From: Candidatus Undinarchaeota archaeon
GTDB taxonomy: Archaea > SpSt-1190 > JASMDC01
Assembly (NCBI GenBank): GCA_964519305.1
Contig: CAZFHY010000025.1
Coordinates: forward strand, 1 to 17,279
Direction of reading: 5' to 3'
DNA length: 17,279 bases
Part shown: positions 9,075 through 16,064 of the stretch, one piece after another
How the letters are laid out: the number at the start of each line of letters is the position of its first letter
Position numbering within the stretch: the first letter of the stretch is position 1
Program-made: the position numbers and the translations under genes
Notes under the pieces: generated by a model
Seen by the model: only the letters and a program-made list of their open reading frames with translations
Database searches by the model: none
Told to the model about the DNA's origin: nothing

Positions 9075-10921
9075 GAACAATCACCCTCCGCGATGCGCGA
9101 TACATGCTCAGTTTCGCCGCCGGTCACCCGCACGACGAATGCTGGAAGGATGGGGATATCGACCTCTCGGTCATCAGCTCCCACTTCCATCAGGTTGGCG
9201 AAGCGCATTGTGTACTCATTGTGTCCTTCCGCCACGACCAGGTACTTGCCCTCTACCATATCGGGGACGGTGTATCTTGATCGCTCGTCCACGATCGCCT
9301 GATGAGTGATCCTGTCACGCAGGTTGACAAAGGTGAGTCGGACGTAGCTCGGTGGATCGTCCTCGGTGGGCGGGAGCGAACGTTTCGCGTTCACGGTGCG
9401 CACGCAGCTCCTTGGTTTGCAGAACTCCTTCTCGACGGAGTACACATTTCCAGAGAGGGTAAGGGATCGGCGTAGGAATATTTGCTCGCGAGTGCGACGT
9501 TCGATATAGATGATGGCGCTCTCAGCTGCGAACCCGGAACCTTCGGGCGGTTCGACAAGGACTTCCCCTTCCTCGCACGGAGCGTTAGCCATGGTGACCA
9601 CGCCCTGAGCGTCCGTTCGTTGCTCGAGCACGCATTCGTTGATGGTCACCTTGCTGTCGGGGACCGGGTTCTTGTCGTCGTCCTTGACGACGAGCTCCAG
9701 GTTGCATGATCCCGTGCAGGTCGAATCATCCCTTACCGTACCCTCAACGGCCACGCAGTCCGGCATGCACGAACCACAGTCCTTAGCGAACGCATCGAGG
9801 TTGAAGCTGAAGGTCAGGGGCACTAGTGTGCTCCCGTCAGATCCTATGAGCCGTGCCTCGCTATCCGTAATATCAATCCGGACGGGGAACGAGAAGGCAT
9901 AGCGCACGTCCCACCGTCCCATCTGTACGGCACCGAGCACCGGTATCTTCTCTGCCTGACGACGACACACGGTAGGATCGTTCATGCACTCGTCCGAGCG
10001 GTCGGGATTCAGGTCCTTGAAGGAGAACTCGAAACCCGCTTCGCGCATATCCATGGAGAGGCTCATCCCCTGGACCTTCGGGAAGGTGCGCTGGTACCGC
10101 TTTCTGGCATAACCTTGTTCAAGAGATACAGTGGCATGGGCGTTGGTAACTACCTTGGGGAGCACCTGAGCGTACTCGACGACCTCGGGCTGCCAGGTGG
10201 GGTCGCAGGGGCCACAACAATGGAACAACCGCATCTGCGGTCGCCGGTCGTTCTCCAGGAATACGTGTACGAGACTCTGTTCGAATCCTCTGCGGACAAG
10301 GTGGTTCTCAACGATCTCGCCCGCTATGGCGTGAAGGAGCCCTAACCGAAGCGGTACCTCCACCTCGAGGGGGAAGGGAAGGGTCTCGTCCTCGGTCTGG
10401 ACCGTGAGCTCTGGAAGTGCTACCTTGACATAGGTCTCGCCGATCTCGGCCTGAGCTCGCGGGTAGGACGGACGGAACCCATGCGTGTTGCCGATGCTCC
10501 GGAAGGCGATCAGAAGGTGCTTCTTCACTTCGTCCTCTAATATAGAGGCCAAACCACCGGTGTCCCGTGCCGGTAGCCCGTGGGTCCCGGCGGCTGTGCC
10601 CTTGGGCCGCCAATTGGCCGTGTAGAACGGGGTGGGTTGCCCCTTGAAGGCAAGATATGGTATGTTCTCGAAGCTTTCAGGAGGGACGGTCTCGGCCCGA
10701 GAACCGCCATGAGCTGCGACGTTGGCGACCGAGCGGTGGACAGCCTCGAGGAGAGCGTCCGACAGCACGCGTTGTACCTTCTCTGATTCGATCTTCTTCG
10801 AGCCTGCCTCTATCTCCTGGATATCGAGCTCCCGCTCGACGCCGCGGAGCTGGGTCATACCGACCGTCACGAAAAGGACGGCGATGGCGATTCCGAACAG
10901 GGCGAGCAGACTCTGGTTCAT
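9068..10921 (-). CDS. Hypothetical N-terminally anchored surface protein with C-terminal carboxypeptidase-regulatory-like (prealbumin/CnaB-type) beta-sandwich domains (617 aa)
   Basis: N-terminal hydrophobic helix LLALFGIAIAVLFVTVGM followed by a long amphipathic helix ending AAHGGS. C-terminal LELVVKDDDKNPVPDSKVTI...RTDAQGVVT and LSGNV...VDERSRYTVPDMVEGKYLVVA match the pattern of CarboxypepD_reg-like domains. About 16 Cys. Confidence 0.82.
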   Translation of the reverse strand: MNQSLLALFGIAIAVLFVTVGMTQLRGVERELDIQEIEAGSKKIESEKVQRVLSDALLEAVHRSVANVAAHGGSRAETVPPESFENIPYLAFKGQPTPFYTANWRPKGTAAGTHGLPARDTGGLASILEDEVKKHLLIAFRSIGNTHGFRPSYPRAQAEIGETYVKVALPELTVQTEDETLPFPLEVEVPLRLGLLHAIAGEIVENHLVRRGFEQSLVHVFLENDRRPQMRLFHCCGPCDPTWQPEVVEYAQVLPKVVTNAHATVSLEQGYARKRYQRTFPKVQGMSLSMDMREAGFEFSFKDLNPDRSDECMNDPTVCRRQAEKIPVLGAVQMGRWDVRYAFSFPVRIDITDSEARLIGSDGSTLVPLTFSFNLDAFAKDCGSCMPDCVAVEGTVRDDSTCTGSCNLELVVKDDDKNPVPDSKVTINECVLEQRTDAQGVVTMANAPCEEGEVLVEPPEGSGFAAESAIIYIERRTREQIFLRRSLTLSGNVYSVEKEFCKPRSCVRTVNAKRSLPPTEDDPPSYVRLTFVNLRDRITHQAIVDERSRYTVPDMVEGKYLVVAEGHNEYTMRFANLMEVGADDREVDIPILPAFVVRVTGGETEHVSRIAEGDCSC

Positions 10922-10944
10922 CTGTGCTCTATGGGAGCAGGGAG

Positions 10945-10961
10945 CCTTAAAAAACCTTCGT
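10945..10961 (-). promoter_or_regulatory. Putative archaeal BRE-TATA promoter for the 617-aa gene (near-leaderless transcript); the T-tract may also end the ABC operon
   Basis: The minus strand reads ACGAAGG-TTTTTTAA-GG. The TATA element at 10947-10954 is centred about 29 nt before ATG 10921. Confidence 0.6.
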
Positions 10962-10967
10962 CACAGA

Positions 10968-12095
10968 TCACTGGTGGGCCAATGCCTCTAAGGGATCGAG
11001 GTCACCTGCGCGCTTGGCAGGCAGTGCTCCCGAAATAGCAGCGATCAGGGTACCCATTAGAACGCTGAGAGCAAGGATTCGTCCATCTATAACAGGAACT
11101 ATACCGAACCCGGTCCGTTGGATGAGCATCACCACAAGAGTCCGAGAAAGACCCACTCCCGCTATGCAGCCGAGCACACTACCAAGCACACCGATGAATA
11201 GGCTCTCCAGAAGGAACACCGATACCACCTCCAGACGGGTGAAGCCCAAGGCCTTGAGTATCCCGATCTCACGGGTCCGTTCTATGACGGTGATCATCAT
11301 TGTATTGATCGTGGACATCGACGCTATGATGATGGCGATGGCGGATATGAGGAAGAAAGCGTAACGGAAGCTCTCTGTGAGAGTTATTACCTCCTTCACT
11401 TGCGCCTCGAAGGAGACAGCGTCATGGTTCCGCTCCTGCTCGATGCGTTCAGCGACAGTACCCATGCTCTCGAGCTGGTCAACACGTACGAGCGCGAGGT
11501 CGTAAGCCTTCTGAGGTGCCATATCCATGGGGAGGACCACAGCATAGTCGAAAGTGAGGCTACCGAGCACCAGCCCGCCCTTGCTCAACACGCCACCCAC
11601 ATTGACCGGTATCTCTCGTCCACCGAACCTTGGGAGTGACAGGCGAAGGCGCGAACCGACGTCCAGGTCAGGATTGGCGGCACGTAAACGTTCCAGAGCC
11701 TTTGAGCCCAAGAGCGCACCCTCTACAGTTCCCCGCTCAAGGGTGATCTCGTCGAGCATCTCATCGCGGTCGATGAACGCCGCCGTAACGAAGGTCCCAC
11801 CGCCCCTGGAGGCAACATGGCCTGCAGTAGAGATTTTACGGACGACACCAACGACCTCGGGATATGCCTCAAGAGCTGCTATGTCATCCTCCTCGAGGAA
11901 ACGGGCCTCGGAGTATCTGGGCGTGACGATAATACGGTTGAAGAAACCGGACATCGCCTTCCCGAACTCTGCTTCCAGCCCGGTCGAGAAGGAGAAAAGG
12001 GCAACGAACTGGGCCACACCGATCCCTATGCCCATCACGGTCAGGATTAATCGTGTACGGTCCCGCATGATATCAAGGAACGCGTACCGGAGCAT
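10968..12095 (-). CDS. ABC transporter permease, MacB/FtsX (SalY/LolE-like) family
   Basis: 375 aa. N-terminal RTRLILTVMGIGIGVA TM, a large extracytoplasmic domain, the FtsX-type motif VIERTREIGILKALGF, three C-terminal TMs, and the ending PAKRAGDLDPLEAL. The start overlaps the upstream stop (TAATG). Confidence 0.93.
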   Translation of the reverse strand: MLRYAFLDIMRDRTRLILTVMGIGIGVAQFVALFSFSTGLEAEFGKAMSGFFNRIIVTPRYSEARFLEEDDIAALEAYPEVVGVVRKISTAGHVASRGGGTFVTAAFIDRDEMLDEITLERGTVEGALLGSKALERLRAANPDLDVGSRLRLSLPRFGGREIPVNVGGVLSKGGLVLGSLTFDYAVVLPMDMAPQKAYDLALVRVDQLESMGTVAERIEQERNHDAVSFEAQVKEVITLTESFRYAFFLISAIAIIIASMSTINTMMITVIERTREIGILKALGFTRLEVVSVFLLESLFIGVLGSVLGCIAGVGLSRTLVVMLIQRTGFGIVPVIDGRILALSVLMGTLIAAISGALPAKRAGDLDPLEALAHQ

Positions 12096-13675
12096 TATCG
12101 CTCACGCAGGATCGACTTTATCTCAAGGTGCACGGTACCGTTCTCGACCCGGACGACGGCCATCGTCGTTGCCGGACCATCCCGGACCCGACCGTCCGTA
12201 ACACCCTTTACGGTGCCCGTGTCGTCCGACACCTCAACTAGGCTGTGTTTCCCCCGGGACCCCACTCCTCGCACATGGTGGCCCACTGCCACGAGCTTAT
12301 CGGTGAATCGCTTGGGATGGGCGATTATACTATCGATCGGGATCCGTTCTACCTCGGACACTAGGTACTCCACGGTCTCCAGCTGTTCCACTTTGCGCCG
12401 CAAGGAGTCCATCTCATGCTCCTCCTCCTCCTCCAGCAGCTCGAGCTGGTCCCGCTCTGCGGACAGTTCTCGTTCGAACTCACGTAGCTTGCGCACGTAC
12501 CCGAACGCCAACCATGCGACCACCAGAAAGGCCACGCCGGCAAGGAGCCCCACCGACTCGAACGGTCCGAGGAAGGTCTTCGTTGAAGTTCCAGTCGACT
12601 GCTTCGTCCCCGACGTTGACGGCGCTACCGGTATGGGCGCCGAGACGGCCAGCACCTGGACGTTATGGGCGAGGCGCTCCTCATGCTCGTCACCGAACAG
12701 GTCGCGGTAGCTGAGCACCGATTCCACCAGGATGGTCGCATTGGCCGTGTCGGAGTTGGGAACTACTTCGATGGTGATCTGTCGGCTCTCCTGTGCCATG
12801 ATGACTCCGAGATAGGTTGTCTCCTGGAGAGGTTCTGCGGAAGTGGAACGGGTATCGATGCGTACAGAGCGGACCGGTTGGTCGCCCAGGTTGAGGACGT
12901 CGAAGGTGATCGTCGCAAGCTCACCAGGGAGAGCATCGGTGGGGATGACCAGGTTGGCCACTTCGACCTTTAGGAGGGGCGCTCCGATAATACCGACGAG
13001 CAGCTCCTCGCTGCCCTCCGAGTGCGTGATCCTGACAGGCACCTCGACGAGGCCCAAGCTCTCAGGAGGTATATAGGTCTCGAAGGTGAGCGACCGGCGG
13101 TCCCCCGCAGGGATGTTGTCAAGTGTCCGGGTCTCACCGTCGAGCACGCGGTAGTCCGAGTTGCGGGCAAGGTTGATCGTGACATGGTCGAGGTCACGGT
13201 CCGAGCGGTTCCGTAGCTGAATGATGAGGTCGATGATCTTACCGGGCGACACCGTAGTGGGATATACGCCAGCAAGCTCGATACGCTTCTCGGTGCTCTG
13301 CCTGCGGAATGGGATAAGGACGGGGGACGCATTGTTCACCGTCCCGTCCGCGTCGGACCATGTAAGCTCGGCACGGAGCGACCGTGTCTTCTCGGTACCA
13401 GGCACGACCGACACGATAAGATCGAAGGTCTCGCCCGGTCCGACATCACCGATGGTACCGTCGTAGGAGCTTATCTCGATACCTGTCCCCGAGAGCGTGA
13501 CCTTCACGTCAAGGGCGGTAGCCTCACCCGTATTCCGGCCGTGCACGGTGACCGTGGACTGTCCGGAAGGGAGCATGGTAGGATCCGCTCCGGTGATCGT
13601 CACGTCAGCAGCCGTCATGGCGATCATGAGTACCAGGGCGACGAGAGCCACCCTTCTATATTCAGTCATCCTCAT
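12095..13675 (-). CDS. COG1361-like (S-layer domain/CARDB-type Ig repeat) membrane-anchored protein with C-terminal coiled coil and probable OB-fold
   Basis: Track start 13690; GGAGG at 13683-13687 favours ATG 13675. Signal peptide RRVALVALVLMIAMTAA, then three repeats of the PG/SG..x..V.N.G...A.(D/S)V.V...IG.(V/I).(P/A)G pattern, a Ser/Thr linker, the TM VGLLAGVAFLVVAWLAFGYV, a Glu-rich coil, and an OB-like tail. It lies between the ABC ATPase and the permease. Confidence 0.85.
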   Translation of the reverse strand: MRMTEYRRVALVALVLMIAMTAADVTITGADPTMLPSGQSTVTVHGRNTGEATALDVKVTLSGTGIEISSYDGTIGDVGPGETFDLIVSVVPGTEKTRSLRAELTWSDADGTVNNASPVLIPFRRQSTEKRIELAGVYPTTVSPGKIIDLIIQLRNRSDRDLDHVTINLARNSDYRVLDGETRTLDNIPAGDRRSLTFETYIPPESLGLVEVPVRITHSEGSEELLVGIIGAPLLKVEVANLVIPTDALPGELATITFDVLNLGDQPVRSVRIDTRSTSAEPLQETTYLGVIMAQESRQITIEVVPNSDTANATILVESVLSYRDLFGDEHEERLAHNVQVLAVSAPIPVAPSTSGTKQSTGTSTKTFLGPFESVGLLAGVAFLVVAWLAFGYVRKLREFERELSAERDQLELLEEEEEHEMDSLRRKVEQLETVEYLVSEVERIPIDSIIAHPKRFTDKLVAVGHHVRGVGSRGKHSLVEVSDDTGTVKGVTDGRVRDGPATTMAVVRVENGTVHLEIKSILRER

Positions 13676-14330
13676 TGACAAGCCTCCCATCTTCGATTAC
13701 CACCCTTTTTAAACCCAACGATGCCACGACGGGATCGTGGCTCACCACAAGGAATGTGGAGCCCATCTCGTTTATCTTCCTGAACAGGTTCATGATCTCC
13801 AGAGTCTTCTTTCGGTCCAGTGATCCTGTGGGTTCGTCGGCGAGCACGATGCCCGGATCGTTGATCAGTGCTCGGGCCACGGCCACGCGTTGCTGCTCAC
13901 CACCGCTAAGTTGGTGAGGGTGGTTCACCATCCGTTCGCCCAGCCCCACCATCTCGAGCAGTTCACGACCCCGCTCCTCTGACACGTTCCGGGACGGGAG
14001 CATAACGTTCTCTAGAGCAGTGAGGTGGGGGAACAGGTTCGGTGACTGGAACACGAAACCGATACGTTTCCGTCTGAGGATGGCCAGCTGGTCAAGGTCC
14101 AGCTTCGCCAGGTCGCGGCCTTCTACCGTTATGTTGCCCTTGGTCGGTCGTGTTAGACCGCTAACGAGATTGAGAAGAGTGGACTTACCGCTCCCAGACG
14201 GCCCCTCGATGACCATCAGGTCCCCTCGATCGATAGTCAGGGATACGTTCCGGAGCACCCATATACGCTCGGTCCCGGCGACGTAGAGCTTCGACGCCCG
14301 CTCAACAGTGACGATGGGAGCGGCCGTCAT
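13662..14330 (-). CDS. ABC transporter ATP-binding protein, LolD/MacB (SalX) family
   Basis: Walker A GPSGSGKST, Q-loop GFVFQ, signature LSGGEQQRVAVARAL, Walker B VLADEPTGSLD, and H-loop VSHD. Track start is GTG 14351; ATG 14330 fits the TATA spacing better. Confidence 0.95.
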   Translation of the reverse strand: MTAAPIVTVERASKLYVAGTERIWVLRNVSLTIDRGDLMVIEGPSGSGKSTLLNLVSGLTRPTKGNITVEGRDLAKLDLDQLAILRRKRIGFVFQSPNLFPHLTALENVMLPSRNVSEERGRELLEMVGLGERMVNHPHQLSGGEQQRVAVARALINDPGIVLADEPTGSLDRKKTLEIMNLFRKINEMGSTFLVVSHDPVVASLGLKRVVIEDGRLVNEDD

Positions 14331-14352
14331 CGTACATCTTTCAGTGGTCACC

Positions 14353-14368
14353 CATTATAACTTTATCA
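14353..14368 (-). promoter_or_regulatory. Putative BRE-TATA promoter for the ABC operon
   Basis: The minus strand reads TGATAAAG-TTATAA-TG. TTATAA at 14355-14360 is centred about 27 nt before ATG 14330. Confidence 0.6.
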
Positions 14369-14391
14369 CAGAGCGTTCTGAACGGTCAAAC

Positions 14392-14408
14392 TGACAAGCC
14401 TTTTAAAT
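14392..14408 (+). promoter_or_regulatory. Putative BRE-TATA promoter for lipoprotein paralog 1 (leaderless)
   Basis: TGACAAGCC-TTTTAAAT; the TATA element at 14401-14408 is centred about 26 nt before ATG 14430. Confidence 0.6.
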
Positions 14409-14429
14409 GACGCGCGCCTATTCTATCAC

Positions 14430-14918
14430 ATGGTCACACAAAGGAGCGCAATCATCTTCAGTCTGCTGACCGTGGTCTTCCTCGCGGGTTGTACGGGCGG
14501 TGTCGATAACGAGGTCTGCAAAGGAGTAGAGAGCTATAGCATACCGATGGGCCGTATGGAGTCCGTAGAGGATGCGTGCGACCATTGTGTGAACGTCCTG
14601 TCGATCTCGAGCCAGGAATCGAAGTGCCTCGAGAAGCAAGACTTCATCTCTACCTTCAACGGTCGCAAGAACCTGGAGGCAGGTCAGGTCTCGTACCCCC
14701 GACTCTATGCGATGGAGGACGAGTGGGAAGCGTGCGACGATATCGAGGATGATGACAACAAGCTCAAATGTGGTTGCTGTATCCTCTTGGGCAAGGACTA
14801 CCGGTACGAGCCCGGGCGCATGTGCTACCGTATAACCGGGAGCAGTTACTTCAAGGGTTCCGAGAAGACCGAGGACGTCCCGATCGACCGGTACTTCGAC
14901 GCCGGGCAGTGCAAGTAG
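14430..14918 (+). CDS. Putative Cys-rich lipoprotein, paralog 1 of 4 (162 aa)
   Basis: Signal peptide with lipobox FLAGC. Ten further Cys (EVC, CDHC, KC, WEAC, CGCC, GRMC, GQC) are conserved in the three downstream ORFs. Confidence 0.88.
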   Translation: MVTQRSAIIFSLLTVVFLAGCTGGVDNEVCKGVESYSIPMGRMESVEDACDHCVNVLSISSQESKCLEKQDFISTFNGRKNLEAGQVSYPRLYAMEDEWEACDDIEDDDNKLKCGCCILLGKDYRYEPGRMCYRITGSSYFKGSEKTEDVPIDRYFDAGQCK

Positions 14919-15020
14919 CCACCGCTGATGCCTTTTATCGAAGACGTGGACATCGGGGAAGTGAAGCGGTCCTTGAAGGTCTGACACCTACATCCGGTGA
15001 CGACATGACGTCCCCCCAAG

Positions 15021-15035
15021 AGAAACACTTTTATA
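15021..15035 (+). promoter_or_regulatory. Putative BRE-TATA promoter for paralog 2 (and probably 3-4)
   Basis: AGAAACAC-TTTTATA; the TATA element at 15029-15035 is centred about 28 nt before ATG 15060. Confidence 0.6.
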
Positions 15036-15059
15036 CGAGCTGACCCCCGTAACAGCCAC

Positions 15060-15545
15060 ATGGCACATCCCCGAGCGACATCTGCCCTAGTCGTTCTTGC
15101 CGTTCTCGTGGCCGCTGGTTGTATGGGCGGCGTTGACAACGAGGTCTGCAAGGACGTAGAGAGCTACAGTACAGCCATGGGCAGGATGGAGTCAGTTGAG
15201 GGCGCCTGTGACGATTGCGTCACGGCCCTGAGCGTTTCTGGCCAGCAGGAGCGATGCCTGCAGAAGCAGAACTTCATCAGCACCTGGAACGGACGGAAGG
15301 ATCTGGAAGCTGGACAGCACACATACCCGGTGCTCTTCAACCGTGACGACGAATGGAGCGAGTGCGCATCCCTTGATAATGATAATGCCAAGCTCTATTG
15401 CGGTTGCTGCCTCCTCAGGGGCAAGGAATACAAGTTCAGAGAGGCCACCTGCCAGAAGATGGTGGGTACCGCCTACCTGAAGTCCATGCAGAAGTGGGAG
15501 ATCGTCGACCAGAGCGAGTATCTTCAGGACGGCCAGTGCATCTGA
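15060..15545 (+). CDS. Putative Cys-rich lipoprotein, paralog 2 of 4 (161 aa)
   Basis: Lipobox VAAGC. GGVDNEVCKDVESYS..MGRMESVE.ACD.CV is nearly identical to paralog 1. Same 10-Cys scaffold. Confidence 0.88.
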   Translation: MAHPRATSALVVLAVLVAAGCMGGVDNEVCKDVESYSTAMGRMESVEGACDDCVTALSVSGQQERCLQKQNFISTWNGRKDLEAGQHTYPVLFNRDDEWSECASLDNDNAKLYCGCCLLRGKEYKFREATCQKMVGTAYLKSMQKWEIVDQSEYLQDGQCI

Positions 15546-15553
15546 ACGTGAAA

Positions 15554-16063
15554 ATGGACAGCTCGCACAGGACCGCTCTACTGGCGGTAATAGTCGTCTT
15601 CCTAGCCGCAGGATGCACATCCATCGAGAACGAGGTCTGCAAAGGTCGCGAGAGCTTCAGCCTCGACTTCGGCGGGAAGATCGTATCTGTAGAGAGCGCT
15701 TGTGACGAGTGTGTGTCGGTCCTCGCCGTCTCGGGACAGTCCGCAAGGTGCCTTGAGACGAAGCGTACGATGACCGCCTTCAAGGAGTCCGGAGGGAGTG
15801 TGCAGGTGCCGAGCAAGCACAAGTACTACCCCCATCTCCTTGAACGCGAGGATGACTGGGACGACTGTTCTTCCATCGGGGATGACGCCGAGCAGTTAAA
15901 ATGTGGTTGTTGCCTGCTTCAGGGGACGCGCCACAAGTACGAGTCCGGACGTGGATGCTACAACATAATCTCAAAAGAGCGACGGGCCGGCGGGTTCGGT
16001 ACGACGGTCAACACAAAGGACGTCCCCCAGAGTTCATACTACTCAAGTGGAAGGTGCAGATAA
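15554..16063 (+). CDS. Putative Cys-rich lipoprotein, paralog 3 of 4 (169 aa)
   Basis: The track ORF starts at 15398, inside paralog 2. ATG 15554 gives MDSSHRTALLAVIVVFLAAGC, collinear with the paralogs and 8 nt after the paralog 2 stop. Same 10-Cys scaffold. Confidence 0.87.
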   Translation: MDSSHRTALLAVIVVFLAAGCTSIENEVCKGRESFSLDFGGKIVSVESACDECVSVLAVSGQSARCLETKRTMTAFKESGGSVQVPSKHKYYPHLLEREDDWDDCSSIGDDAEQLKCGCCLLQGTRHKYESGRGCYNIISKERRAGGFGTTVNTKDVPQSSYYSSGRCR

Positions 16064-16064
16064 G

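Noticed and set aside
10922-10960. In-frame upstream codons ...HRAQ-MNQS that would create a class III (prepilin) R-A/Q site for the 617-aa protein
   Set aside because: There is no in-frame ATG/GTG/TTG between the TGA at 10961-10963 and ATG 10921, and the TATA box sits within this stretch. At most it is a vestige.
14577-14588. CDHC/CDDC/CDEC/CDYC as heme c or thioredoxin motifs
   Set aside because: No His follows the second Cys (not CxxCH), and there is no thioredoxin-fold context.
15398-15553. 52-aa N-terminal extension of paralog 3 in the ORF track
   Set aside because: It overlaps paralog 2 in another frame; the signal peptide and paralog alignment begin at ATG 15554.
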